Shown piece after piece: positions 1 to 11,378 of a DNA stretch of 64,000 nt (position 1 is the first letter of the stretch; the number at the start of each line of letters is the position of its first letter). Made by a program: the position numbers and the translations under genes. The stretch is from Hydrurus foetidus (lineage: Eukaryota): assembly GCA_900617105.1 (NCBI GenBank), contig UYFQ01000001.1, positions 4,836,001-4,900,000 on the forward strand, in the 5' to 3' direction. Below the pieces are notes generated by a model that had not been told where the DNA came from, ran no database searches, and saw only the letters and a program-made list of their open reading frames with translations.

Positions 1-170
1 ACAACTCCAGCATCAAGAATGAGCTATACGCAGTTCTCTACTTCGGCTGCATCGTCGTAGTTCCCGGAAATACTCATCCCCGAAACTACGACAGAGAATA
101 CGGCGTACACATTTCACCCAAAACGGGGCTTGTGTACAAAACTTCGGCTGAATGCCGCGCTTCACTGTAG
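1..170 (+). CDS. 3' end of a probable gene-cassette ORF (hypothetical protein, truncated by the window edge)
   Basis: Open frame NSSIKNELYAVLYFGC...AECRASL* ends at TAG 168-170, just before an attC-like site. Confidence 0.5.
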   Translation, partial: NSSIKNELYAVLYFGCIVVVPGNTHPRNYDREYGVHISPKTGLVYKTSAECRASL

Positions 171-184
171 CCGCCGCCTGTGAA

Positions 185-223
185 GCCTAAACCCCTCGCT
201 CAAGCGCAGCGCCAACGTTAGAT
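185..223 (+). repeat. Internally deleted attC-like site
   Basis: GCCTAAACCCCTCGCTCAAGCGCAGCGCCAAC joined directly to GTTAGAT (R' box); resembles the left arm of betaproteobacterial attC sites fused to the R' end. Confidence 0.65.
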
Positions 224-229
224 TTGTTC

Positions 230-811
230 ATGCCGTCCAGTGAATATGTACGCATCGACACAGCCGAGGACGCGGTATCGTCACTTGAGCTGGCCGCAGA
301 TTTCCTCGAACGCGCCGCCGTCGACGATCGGTATTGGAAGTGGTTCGTGGTTGCCCTCCACGCTGGTATCCAGAGCCTGTTCGCGCTTACGCTAGAAGCA
401 GGCAATGGATTTCTGGTTCAAAAGCCGGGTGTAATGCGCGCAATTCTTGCAGCGCACGAGTCTGGTGAAGATGCTCCGCTGCCACACATGGACAACTTCT
501 TAAAGCTCTACAAAAAGGTTCAGCGGGCGGAGAACCTACGAAACGTCGACTGTTTGCCGATTGATTCTTCGCCAGCGCGTGACCGCGACCACAAGTCATT
601 AGACGATCTTCGAGACAGCTTTCTCCACTTCAACACAAAGTCGTGGAGCATTGAGCGAGAGCTGATTCTCGAAAGCGCTCGAGGTTGCACGGAAGTTGCT
701 GAATTTATCGTCAGCAGAAGCAGGGCGATTTTTTGGCACCAAGAGTATCACCAACAACGTACCATCGTCGCTCTTCAGAGCTTGCATTCACTACTCCACG
801 ACCAAATCTAA
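230..811 (+). CDS. Cassette-encoded hypothetical protein with HEPN-like RxxxxH motif
   Basis: ORF starts 6 bp after GTTAGAT; its stop overlaps R'' ATCTAAC; helical protein containing RDSFLH. Confidence 0.65.
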   Translation: MPSSEYVRIDTAEDAVSSLELAADFLERAAVDDRYWKWFVVALHAGIQSLFALTLEAGNGFLVQKPGVMRAILAAHESGEDAPLPHMDNFLKLYKKVQRAENLRNVDCLPIDSSPARDRDHKSLDDLRDSFLHFNTKSWSIERELILESARGCTEVAEFIVSRSRAIFWHQEYHQQRTIVALQSLHSLLHDQI

Positions 812-847
812 CTCATCCATTGAGGGATGCACAAAAGGCTGTATTGG

Positions 848-2046
<1,199 letters not shown>

Positions 2047-2147
2047 TTATGCCATTTCGGTTTTAACAACCTATTGAGCTGTCTGTTTTTATTAGACCAC
2101 TACAGGCTGCGCCTTCTGTGCATCCCTCATTTCAAACGTTAGGCCTT

Positions 2148-2597
2148 ATGAAATTCACACTTGTGCCACATCCCTCATGTCCTCGGGCTTGCCTCGCGGC
2201 TGTAATCACGGCCACGATGCTGCCCCTAGCAAGCGCCCAGACGCTCAAGGACTACCGCTGCAGGATTGAGCGCGTGGCCACTGCTGACGCGATACCGAAT
2301 AGCAAGCTTAATCTTCAGGTTAAGAACTATGTCGGCAAAGGTTTCACAGTGGAGCGTAGTACCGGAGTAATGGCAGGCGCTTTGAAAAACTCTTACATCA
2401 CAAGACCAGAAGTCATCGACTTCGGATCTGATGAAAACTCGTATAAGGTCGTCACAACCCTACGTCGGGAACAAGGTGCTGGGCGCGGGTCCAATGCCTA
2501 TCTCCTAGTAGTCAGTGAATACAAGACCGGGCCTGCAAAGCCATTCACGTTCGTCGACAACGACGAGGTCTACTTCGGAACATGCATTCACTTTTAG
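2148..2597 (+). CDS. Cassette-encoded hypothetical exported protein
   Basis: ATG 3 bp after GTTAGGC; signal-peptide-like N-terminus (LASA-Q). Confidence 0.65.
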   Translation: MKFTLVPHPSCPRACLAAVITATMLPLASAQTLKDYRCRIERVATADAIPNSKLNLQVKNYVGKGFTVERSTGVMAGALKNSYITRPEVIDFGSDENSYKVVTTLRREQGAGRGSNAYLLVVSEYKTGPAKPFTFVDNDEVYFGTCIHF

Positions 2598-2606
2598 CGC
2601 GAACGT

Positions 2607-2644
2607 GGCCTAATCCCCACTTAAGCTGACAGACAACGTTAGGC
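2607..2644 (+). repeat. Internally deleted attC-like site
   Basis: GGCCTAATCCCCACTTAAGCTGACAGACAAC-GTTAGGC; GGCCTAA is complementary to the TTAGGCC that opens this cassette. Confidence 0.65.
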
Positions 2645-2654
2645 GCCACAACAG

Positions 2655-3023
2655 ATGACCGACACATCCACTTTCGAAGAATTTCCGAAGATGCTTTACC
2701 GCCTATGCGACGGCAATGCACCTAACGAAGCTCTCTACATTGATGGGCAAAAAGTTGAGTACAAGATTGTTGCGTCCGCCAATGACCAACGGGCCGCGAA
2801 GGGTTGGAGCGAATCCCCCTCGCAAGCAGTGAAAAAGAAGAGGCTCAGGCGTTGGGCTCGCACGACTCTCAAACCGTGGTGGGAAAACTGGGAATGGTCA
2901 CTCAAACTCTTTGCTGCTGTCCTCGTCATTGTTGCCGCAGGAGTGAAGATATTCGAAGCCGTTCCATTTGGCTCAAAGCAAGCTCCCGTGCAACTTGCTC
3001 CGGTTCAAAAACCAAAACCTTAG
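2655..3023 (+). CDS. Cassette-encoded hypothetical protein with one C-terminal transmembrane helix
   Basis: ORF directly after the attC R' box; hydrophobic segment LFAAVLVIVAAGV. Confidence 0.6.
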   Translation: MTDTSTFEEFPKMLYRLCDGNAPNEALYIDGQKVEYKIVASANDQRAAKGWSESPSQAVKKKRLRRWARTTLKPWWENWEWSLKLFAAVLVIVAAGVKIFEAVPFGSKQAPVQLAPVQKPKP

Positions 3024-3069
3024 ACTTTCGGTCAAGCAGGAGTCCAAACCGCGCCGTTGTCCCACTGCA

Positions 3070-3197
3070 GCCGAGCCTGTCGGTCAAGCGGAGCATACTT
3101 GCAGACTACAAGGGTCCGGTCGGCGATACGGTTTACGTTTTCGCCAGCCGAGTTTGGGTGTCCTATATTCGGCAGCTACTTACTTTGGATGTAATCT
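3070..3197 (+). repeat. Degenerate long attC-like site
   Basis: GCCGAGCCTGTCGGTCAAGCGGAGC...CGGTTTACGTTTTCGCCAGCCG...CTTACTTTGGATGTAAT resembles a decayed ~130-bp attC; a partial left arm (TCGGTCAAGC) is also present near 3028. Confidence 0.45.
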
Positions 3198-3246
3198 TCA
3201 CACCTCAGGCCGCTCAACGCCACTATTTCCCCTTTCTCGCCCACCC

Positions 3247-3690
3247 ATGTCACCAATCACCCGACGCGTGCTTCAAGCCCTGTTGTATGAAATTGGAGCT
3301 GTTTCGGTTGTGGGCCCGGTGCTGGCGCTGACCTTTGACAGGCCCGCGGGTTCAACTTTCGTGTTGGCCGTCGTTCTGTCTGCTATTGCTTTGGCTTGGA
3401 ATTACCTGTTTAACGCTGTATTTGAGGGCTGGGAGTCCATGCAAGTGGTGAAAGGACGGAGCTTAACGCGGCGGTTGGCGCATGGGGCAGGCTTTGAAGG
3501 CGGTCTTACGTTGATGCTCGTTCCGGTCATGGCGCTATGGCTTGACACAACCTTCATGGCCGCTTTTCTGGCGAATTTGGGGCTGCTGGCCTTTTTCTTC
3601 GTTTATGCGATTGGCTACACCTGGGCTTTCGACAGAGTCTTTGGATTGCCGCTATCCGCGTCGCCTTCGCGGCCGCCAGATAAAGCTTGA
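3247..3690 (+). CDS. PACE-family (AceI-like) efflux transporter
   Basis: Two repeats: RRVLQALLYE...WNYLFNAVFE and RRLAHGAGFEGG...YTWAFDRVF. Confidence 0.85.
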   Translation: MSPITRRVLQALLYEIGAVSVVGPVLALTFDRPAGSTFVLAVVLSAIALAWNYLFNAVFEGWESMQVVKGRSLTRRLAHGAGFEGGLTLMLVPVMALWLDTTFMAAFLANLGLLAFFFVYAIGYTWAFDRVFGLPLSASPSRPPDKA

Positions 3691-3708
3691 ATCCCAGGCT
3701 GACCAAAC

Positions 3709-4131
3709 CTAAATCAGGCCCAAAGCGTAAGCGGGCTTGCAAATAACCAGCTTGTGACTGTCGTTCATGCTCTTTGCCAACACCAGCAAGTCCTGATCAC
3801 CCGTGACTAACAGAATTGCCTCTGCTGCAATCGCGGCTTGAATGAACATGTCGTCTTCTGCATCGCTGATGTAGGTTGCGTTAGCAATGCTTTGCGGCAC
3901 TTCGACCCAAATGGCCGCTGCGCTCAGGTCGTGCAAAACGGTTTTACGCTCTTCAAGGTTGATGTAGCGGTCAAACTTAGGCTTCCAGATGCGTGACTCA
4001 AGTTCAGCAAAGGTGGCGGTTGTAAAAACCACTCGGTGGTCGGTCAGTACCTTGGCCAACAGCTTCGCTGGCGGGCCATCAGGCGACAGCGCCGCACTGA
4101 TGAGGACGTTGGTGTCTATGATGATTTGCAT
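3709..4131 (-). CDS. PIN-domain toxin (VapC-like)
   Basis: Motifs IIIDTNVLISA, DAEDDMFI, LVTGDQDLL. Confidence 0.85.
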   Translation of the reverse strand: MQIIIDTNVLISAALSPDGPPAKLLAKVLTDHRVVFTTATFAELESRIWKPKFDRYINLEERKTVLHDLSAAAIWVEVPQSIANATYISDAEDDMFIQAAIAAEAILLVTGDQDLLVLAKSMNDSHKLVICKPAYALGLI

Positions 4132-4160
4132 GGCCCAAGTGCCTTCAGGCATGCAACGGT

Positions 4161-4412
4161 TTAACTCTCGTCGCTGAGCAATTCGTCCAGTTTGTCTTGC
4201 GTCAACCCACGCTCACGCGCTTGGGTTGCCGTAGTTTGCAGTGTGTTTTTGAGCCGGTTGGCGTAGAAGGCCCGCATGTCTTCATAGTCTTGCGCAGACA
4301 CCATCACACCCACAACGCGGTTGTGCCGGGTAATGCGAACAGGCTCTTTTTGAGCCATGTCGATCATTTGCCCGAACTGGGTTTTGGCGTAATTGGCGCT
4401 TAAGAGTTGCAT
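4161..4412 (-). CDS. Phd/YefM-family antitoxin
   Basis: SANYAKTQFGQMID...EPVRITRHNR; lies directly upstream of the PIN toxin. Confidence 0.85.
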   Translation of the reverse strand: MQLLSANYAKTQFGQMIDMAQKEPVRITRHNRVVGVMVSAQDYEDMRAFYANRLKNTLQTTATQARERGLTQDKLDELLSDES

Positions 4413-4540
4413 TGCTCAATAATAGCACGAATCGTTCGATTTGAGCGCTTTTGATATTGCTATGAGCATTTCTGGCGGCATGGTGTAAATCAAATCGCCT
4501 AAAGTACAAAATTACCGTTTTTAGCCATCATTTACCCACA

Positions 4541-4594
4541 CATTAAGCCGATAAACCAATCAATACGGGCGCGATCAGCTCTTAAATAAATAGC
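4541..4594 (-). repeat. 54-bp dispersed element, copy 1 (intergenic)
   Basis: Reverse complement: GCTAT-TTATTTA-AGAGCTGATCGCGCCC-GTATTGATT-GGTTTAT. Confidence 0.85.
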
Positions 4595-4616
4595 AAAAAG
4601 TGACGACTTGGCAGTC

Positions 4617-4653
4617 AAAAAGAAACCCGCCCAAGCTGCCCGGGGCGGGTTTT
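4617..4653 (-). terminator. Intrinsic terminator of hppA
   Basis: Stem AAACCCGCCC/GGGCGGGTTT followed by a T-rich tail on the minus strand. Confidence 0.7.
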
Positions 4654-4670
4654 GGTTATTGGAAGGTCGG

Positions 4671-7148
4671 CTACATCAAAGCAACTTCAACCCGTCGCCC
4701 CTCATCCGCGCTGGTCGCACCGGCCTTGATGTCGTCGGGCTTTTTCAGCTCGATTTTGTCTGCTGGTACGCCCGCAACAACTAACAAGTCTTGCACGGCG
4801 AAGGCGCGCATTTTGGCTATTGCGGCATTTTTAACCGGGTCGCCGCTGGCGTCTACATAGCCACTGATCACGGCTTTTTTGCCGCCTGCAACGCCTTTGA
4901 CAATCACGGCAAGCGCTTCTTTGCCGCCGCCTGCAATTTCAGATTTGCCGGATGCAAAGTAGAACTTGACCACATCGCCTTCCACTTTGACCGATGCTGC
5001 GTCTGCCTCAGCTGCAGCAGTGGCCCCAGCCGTTGCAGGCATCGCCGCGGCTGGTGCGCTGATGGCCGCCGGAGCCGCAGCAGCAGGGGCGGGCGCTTCG
5101 CCGCCATGCACCTTCACCACCAGCGGCACAATCAGCAGCGCCACGATGTTGATGATTTTGATCAGCGGGTTAATGGCCGGGCCTGCGGTGTCTTTGTACG
5201 GGTCGCCCACTGTGTCGCCGGTGACTGCGGCTTTATGCGCCTCGCTGCCTTTGCCGCCATGGTTGCCGTCTTCAATGTACTTTTTGGCGTTGTCCCATGC
5301 GCCGCCGCCGGTGCACATCGATATGGCCAAAAAGATGCCGGTGATGATGGTGCCCATCAACAAACCGCCTAGCGCTTTGGGGCCGAGTAGCAAGCCAATG
5401 ACCACGGGCACAACCACTGGCAGCAGCGACGGGATGATCATTTCCTTAATCGCCGATGTGGTCAGCATGTCAACCGCAGCGCTGTAGTCAGGCTTGCGTT
5501 TGCCGGCCATGATGAGGCCGTCAGCAAACTGGCGGCGCACTTCCACCACGACTGAGCCTGCTGCGCGGCCCACGGCTTCCATAGCCATCGCACCGAACAA
5601 ATACGGAATCAGCCCGCCAATGAACAAACCCACAATCACCATTGGGTCGCTCAGGTCAAAGCTGATGGCTTTGCCGTAGCTCTCCAGCTTGTGCGTGTAG
5701 TCGGCAAACAGCACCAGTGATGCCAAGCCAGCCGAGCCAATCGCGTAGCCCTTGGTCACGGCTTTGGTGGTGTTGCCTACTGCGTCGAGCGGGTCGGTTA
5801 CGGCGCGCACTTCGGGCGGCATGTCGGCCATCTCGGCTATGCCGCCGGCGTTGTCGGTAATCGGGCCGTACGCGTCGAGTGCCACCACAATGCCAGCCAT
5901 ACTGAGCATGGCAGTCGCTGCAATGGCAATGCCGTACAAACCGGCGAGCTTGAACGACAGCAAAATCGCAATGCACACAAACACCACCGGCCAGGCGGTA
6001 GAGCGCATTGACACACCCAGGCCCGCAATAATATTGGTGCCGTGGCCGGTGGTGGATGCCTGCGCAATGTGCTTGACGGGCGAGTACTGCGTGCCCGTGT
6101 AAAACTCGGTCACCCAAACCAGCGCGGCTGTGAGCACCAGGCCGACAGCGCACGCGCCAAACAGCTTCATCTGGCTGCCGGTGGCGGTAATGGAGTTGTC
6201 CGGCATGATGCTCGTCGTGACGAAGTAAAACGCGACCAGTGACAGCACGCCTGCAATCGCCAGGCCTTTGTATAGCGCAGGCATCACATTCTTCATGCCG
6301 GGCGAGGCCTTGACAAAAAAGCAGCCAATGATTGAAGCCACAATCGACACCGCGCCCAGCACCAGCGGGTACAGCACGGCGTTGGTGGGCGCACTTGTCA
6401 CCAGCAAAGCGCCTAGCACCATCGTGGCAATTAACGTTACGGCGTAGGTTTCAAACAAGTCGGCCGCCATACCGGCGCAGTCGCCCACGTTGTCGCCCAC
6501 GTTGTCGGCAATCACGGCCGGGTTGCGCGGGTCGTCTTCGGGGATGCCGGCTTCAACCTTGCCAACCAGATCAGCGCCGACGTCAGCACCTTTGGTGAAA
6601 ATACCGCCGCCCAAGCGCGCAAAAATGGAGATAAGCGATGAGCCGAAAGCAAAACCAATCAATGGGTTAAGCAGGGCAGCGGTGGGAGTTTGCGCACCGA
6701 CTAAAAACCAGTAAAAACCGGCCACGCCGAGCAAGCCTAGGCCAACCACCAGCATGCCGGTAATTGCGCCGCCCCTGAAGGCAACGTCAAGCGCGGGGCC
6801 AATGCCTTTGGTGGCGGCTTGCGCGGTGCGTACGTTGGCGCGTACCGATACGTTCATACCGATGAAGCCGCAGGCGCCCGACAGCACTGCGCCAATGACA
6901 AAACCAATGGCGGTTTTGGCATCCAGAAAGATATAAATCAGTACCGTGAGCACCACGCCCACAATCGCAATCGTTTTGTACTGCCGCGCCAAGTAGGCAG
7001 CAGCGCCGGTTTGAATGGCGGCTGCAATTTCCTGCATGCGTGCGTTGCCTGCGTCTTGCGACAAAATCCAGCTGCGCGCCCATACGCCGTAAACCACGGC
7101 GATCAGCCCGCACACGAGCGCAAGAATTAGCGCTGAGTTACTTGTCAT
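4671..7148 (-). CDS. hppA: Membrane H+-translocating pyrophosphatase (K+-independent type) with C-terminal OmpA-like domain
   Basis: [26 protein letters not shown] (Lys variant), [10 protein letters not shown]; Ala/Pro linker then [10 protein letters not shown]...SGYVDASG...RRVEV. Confidence 0.93.
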   Translation of the reverse strand: MTSNSALILALVCGLIAVVYGVWARSWILSQDAGNARMQEIAAAIQTGAAAYLARQYKTIAIVGVVLTVLIYIFLDAKTAIGFVIGAVLSGACGFIGMNVSVRANVRTAQAATKGIGPALDVAFRGGAITGMLVVGLGLLGVAGFYWFLVGAQTPTAALLNPLIGFAFGSSLISIFARLGGGIFTKGADVGADLVGKVEAGIPEDDPRNPAVIADNVGDNVGDCAGMAADLFETYAVTLIATMVLGALLVTSAPTNAVLYPLVLGAVSIVASIIGCFFVKASPGMKNVMPALYKGLAIAGVLSLVAFYFVTTSIMPDNSITATGSQMKLFGACAVGLVLTAALVWVTEFYTGTQYSPVKHIAQASTTGHGTNIIAGLGVSMRSTAWPVVFVCIAILLSFKLAGLYGIAIAATAMLSMAGIVVALDAYGPITDNAGGIAEMADMPPEVRAVTDPLDAVGNTTKAVTKGYAIGSAGLASLVLFADYTHKLESYGKAISFDLSDPMVIVGLFIGGLIPYLFGAMAMEAVGRAAGSVVVEVRRQFADGLIMAGKRKPDYSAAVDMLTTSAIKEMIIPSLLPVVVPVVIGLLLGPKALGGLLMGTIITGIFLAISMCTGGGAWDNAKKYIEDGNHGGKGSEAHKAAVTGDTVGDPYKDTAGPAINPLIKIINIVALLIVPLVVKVHGGEAPAPAAAAPAAISAPAAAMPATAGATAAAEADAASVKVEGDVVKFYFASGKSEIAGGGKEALAVIVKGVAGGKKAVISGYVDASGDPVKNAAIAKMRAFAVQDLLVVAGVPADKIELKKPDDIKAGATSADEGRRVEVALM

Positions 7149-7494
7149 ATTGAAATCCTCCTGTGTTTTTGCTTGGAGGGTTGAAACGCAAGCGTATCAA
7201 CCCGCTGCGCTGCTTCCTCGTATTTCAATGCCCAATAAAAACGATAACTGCGTTGCGTCGCCTGGCCGTGCCTCGGCACTGTCTGCGGCTTAGCGCCTTG
7301 TTCTCGTTTCTATTGGAAATCGAAATTTCTCATGGAATGAGACGATTGGCCAACAGGCGAAATTTAACGCGAAAACGTGACAACTTGGCAGTTCGTCTGG
7401 CCTGAATCTGTAAAATAGGGGTAAGTCCTAGCGTGGCATTTCACAGCTTTCACTTCGTTTCATTTTTTCCACCCACTACCCACAAAAAATATTC

Positions 7495-8034
7495 ATGGCA
7501 CTAGACAAAGTAACCCCCGGCGCGAAAGCACCCGAAGAATTCAACGTCATCATTGAAATCCCGATGAACGCCGACCCGGTGAAGTACGAAGTAGACAAAG
7601 AGTCGGGCGCCATATTCGTAGACCGCTTCATGAGCACCGCCATGCACTACCCGACCAACTACGGCTATGTGCCGCAAACCTTGAGCGGTGATGGCGACCC
7701 GGTTGATGTGCTGGTGATCACGCCCGTGCCGTTGATACCCGGCGTGGTGGTGACATGCCGCGTCATTGGCATTTTGAAGATGACAGACGAAGCCGGTGAA
7801 GACGGCAAAGTGCTGGCCGTGCCCATCGACAAAAAATGCTCGCTGTACACCCATTGGAAAAAGCCAGAAGACATGAACCCGCTGCGCCTGAAAACCATTG
7901 CCCACTTTTTTGAGCACTACAAAGACCTGGAAGAAGGCAAGTGGGTAAAAATTGGCGGCTGGGAAGGCCCGGACGCTGCCAAAAAAGAAATTACCGACGG
8001 CATTGCTGCGTATGCTGCATTGCATAAAATTTAA
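7495..8034 (+). CDS. ppa: Soluble inorganic pyrophosphatase (family I)
   Basis: Motifs [28 protein letters not shown]. Confidence 0.97.
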   Translation: MALDKVTPGAKAPEEFNVIIEIPMNADPVKYEVDKESGAIFVDRFMSTAMHYPTNYGYVPQTLSGDGDPVDVLVITPVPLIPGVVVTCRVIGILKMTDEAGEDGKVLAVPIDKKCSLYTHWKKPEDMNPLRLKTIAHFFEHYKDLEEGKWVKIGGWEGPDAAKKEITDGIAAYAALHKI

Positions 8035-8037
8035 GCT

Positions 8038-8642
<605 letters not shown>

Positions 8643-8758
8643 GCCCCAGTTTTGCTGTCGATTGCATTAAATATGTAACGCCAGCAGGCTACTATGCGGT
8701 GGCGCTCGCCGCGGCCAGTAGCAGCCAGCCAAAGTTTCAATCTTTGAAAGAATTTTTA

Positions 8759-9145
8759 ATGAACTACGTCCACATCGTTGCCCTTTTAGCGGTTGTTCAA
8801 TTTATTGTTTTCGGAATCTTTGTGGGGCAGGCCAGGGGCAAGTACGGCATTGCTGCCCCAGCCATGACGGGTAACGAGCATTTTGAGCGCGCCGTTAGGG
8901 TGCAAATGAACACACTGGAGCAATTGATTGCCTTTTTGCCGGCGCTGCTGATTGCCGCCGTTTACTGGCCGCAAATCTACGTGGCGGCGGCTGGCGTGGT
9001 GTACCTGGTGGGGCGCACACTTTACCGCCAGGCTTACGTCAACGACCCTGCCAAGCGCGGCTTGGGCTTTTTGCTGACGTTTTTGCCAACCACGCTGCTG
9101 GTTTTGGCCGGGCTGGTGGGCGCGGTGATGCGTTCGGCAGCCTAA
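8759..9145 (+). CDS. MAPEG-family membrane protein
   Basis: ARGKYGIAAPAMTG...FERAVRVQMNTLE; several transmembrane helices. Confidence 0.85.
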   Translation: MNYVHIVALLAVVQFIVFGIFVGQARGKYGIAAPAMTGNEHFERAVRVQMNTLEQLIAFLPALLIAAVYWPQIYVAAAGVVYLVGRTLYRQAYVNDPAKRGLGFLLTFLPTTLLVLAGLVGAVMRSAA

Positions 9146-9170
9146 ACATTAGCCAAGGCAGCCGCAAACT

Positions 9171-9224
9171 GCTATTTATTTAGGAGCTGCTTGCGCCTGT
9201 ATTCATTAGGCTACAGGGCTAAAA
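9171..9224 (+). repeat. 54-bp dispersed element, copy 3 (intergenic)
   Basis: GCTAT-TTATTTA-GGAGCTGCTTGCGCCT-GTATTCATT-AGGCTAC. Confidence 0.85.
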
Positions 9225-9397
9225 GTTAATTAATTTTCTCGAAAAAGAGCTTTTCGAACTGTCAGCAGCGGCCTACAGGCAGTTGGCCGTTGCGGCGACG
9301 AATCCATTTGCAGCGTCGTGTCAAACTTACATGAGTAAAAACAGTGGTTGTTTGTGGCGGTCGCCTTTGCCGCCGCTCCACTGGGCAAAATCTGGTT

Positions 9398-10366
9398 ATG
9401 CACGTGAAATCTGAACGCTACGACAGTGACGCAGATGCGTTTCACCAAGCGCTGGCGCGCTTTAACGCCTCGCGGATGGCAGTGGCTACGCCCGGTGCCC
9501 ATTGGCAGCAGAGCCTGGCTGCCGACCTCGACTACCAGTTAACCGAAGGCAGTTTTTTAGAGCTGATGCGCGCCAACGTAGCGCATTTGCTGCCCGAGCC
9601 GCAGGGCACGGCCAATGATTTTGTGACATGGCTTGAAGGCTTGGTCACCACCGGCCCGGGCCAGCAACACGGTCTGTTTGATTGGCTGGCCAACCATGCC
9701 AGCATGGCGGATATGCGCTGGTTTTTAACCCAAGAAGCGGCGGGCGAAGCCGGGTTTGACGATTTGCTGGCTTACACGCAAGTCAAGTTGCCGGTGCGCG
9801 CCAAACTGGAATGCGCGCGCAATTATTGGGACGAAATGGGCCACGGCAAGCAAAGCGCCATGCACGGCCAAATGCTTGACCACATGGTGGCCGAGTTGGG
9901 CCTTGAGCCCAGCATAGACACCACGGTTTGGCAGGCACTGGCGCTCAGCAACACCATGCTGGGCTTGGCGCTTAACCGCCGCTACACCTACCAGTCGATT
10001 GGCGCGCTGGGTGTGATTGAGTTGACCGCACCGAGCCGGGTTAAAAAAGTGTCGATGGGCATGAAACGCTTGGGCTTGGACGGGCGAATGCGGGCTTACT
10101 TTGACTTGCACGCTGCGCTGGATGTGTCGCACGCGCGCGCGTGGATTCGCGAGATCATTGCGCCGCTGGTGGAGGCTAACTCTGCGTGCGCACCGCACAT
10201 AGCCGAGGGCGCGCTGATGCGGCTGACTTGCGGCGAAAAGTGTTTTGACCGGTACAGCGCGGAGTTGCGAGCTACGTCCGGGGCTATGCCGGGGCCGAAC
10301 GAGCCGGCCGTGAACGAGCCAGAGTTTGAGCAAACAGCCAAAGTTAAACCACGGGTGTCTGCATGA
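9398..10366 (+). CDS. Heme-oxygenase-like diiron oxidase (iron-containing redox enzyme family)
   Basis: Candidate ligand pattern NYWDEMGHG...H, GVIEL, YFDLHAALDVSH. Confidence 0.8.
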   Translation: MHVKSERYDSDADAFHQALARFNASRMAVATPGAHWQQSLAADLDYQLTEGSFLELMRANVAHLLPEPQGTANDFVTWLEGLVTTGPGQQHGLFDWLANHASMADMRWFLTQEAAGEAGFDDLLAYTQVKLPVRAKLECARNYWDEMGHGKQSAMHGQMLDHMVAELGLEPSIDTTVWQALALSNTMLGLALNRRYTYQSIGALGVIELTAPSRVKKVSMGMKRLGLDGRMRAYFDLHAALDVSHARAWIREIIAPLVEANSACAPHIAEGALMRLTCGEKCFDRYSAELRATSGAMPGPNEPAVNEPEFEQTAKVKPRVSA

Positions 10367-10382
10367 GCCAGCATGCGCCCCC

Positions 10383-11378
10383 ATGACCTTTTTCGACCCC
10401 GCAGCACTTAGAGAATTGCTGGCTCACCTTGCCGCCAGCGGCTACACATTTACAACGCCAACGCCGCTTACGCACCAACGCGTATTGGCGCACCGCAAGG
10501 GCCAATCCGCCGCTACCCTGCGCGATGTTTTTGGCTGGAATTTGCCTTTTTCGGCTTACGCACTGGTGCAGCAACTTCCGCCGGGCCTGGTTGACAAGTT
10601 GCGCAGCGCTGGCCTGATTGCTGACCATGCCAACCATTTGCAAGCCGCCATTCGGGTATCGAGTTTGGCTGGTGACCTGTTCGTACATTCAGCTTTCCCC
10701 ACCGTGCAAGACGACGCCGTATTTTTCGGCCCTGACACGTACCGGTTTGCGCGGTTTATTGAGCAAGGGCTGCAAGAGTTAACCCAACCGTTAGCTGCAA
10801 AAACTCAAACGCTCCGCGTGCTCGATGTGGGTTGTGGCAGCGGCGCGGGCGGTGTTGCCGCAGCCCGCGCACTGGCCAAAGCCAGCCCGGCGGGCCAGCA
10901 AATTGAAGTGGTCATGAACGACATCAATCCAGCCGCACTGCAGTGCACCGCAGTCAATGCAGCGTTTGCTGGCCTACCCGTTACGCTCGCCGAAGGAGAT
11001 GCGCTAGCGGCGGTCAGCGGCCTGTTTGACGTTATCGTGTGCAACCCGCCGTATTTAGAAGACCCAGCCCGGCGCGCTTACCGCCACGGCGGCGCGGGTC
11101 TGGGCCGCGCGCTTAGCGTGCGCATTGCAAGCGAGGCGTTGCAGCGCCTGGCACCCGGCGGGCGCTTGCTGCTGTACACCGGCGTGGCAATTGCCGCTGG
11201 GGTTGACGCATTTTTAGCCGACATGCAGCCGCTGTTGGCCGAGTCTGGCTGCATATGGTCGTATTCAGAAATTGACCCCGACGTGTTCGGCGAAGAGCTT
11301 GAGCAACCGCTTTACGCGCAAATTGACCGCATCGCCGCCGTCGGCTTGATGGCAACCCGACCCATGGCGTCTGCATGA
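10383..11378 (+). CDS. Class I SAM-dependent methyltransferase, HemK/PrmC-like
   Basis: VFFGPDTYRF, LDVGCGSGAG, NPPY. Confidence 0.85.
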   Translation: MTFFDPAALRELLAHLAASGYTFTTPTPLTHQRVLAHRKGQSAATLRDVFGWNLPFSAYALVQQLPPGLVDKLRSAGLIADHANHLQAAIRVSSLAGDLFVHSAFPTVQDDAVFFGPDTYRFARFIEQGLQELTQPLAAKTQTLRVLDVGCGSGAGGVAAARALAKASPAGQQIEVVMNDINPAALQCTAVNAAFAGLPVTLAEGDALAAVSGLFDVIVCNPPYLEDPARRAYRHGGAGLGRALSVRIASEALQRLAPGGRLLLYTGVAIAAGVDAFLADMQPLLAESGCIWSYSEIDPDVFGEELEQPLYAQIDRIAAVGLMATRPMASA

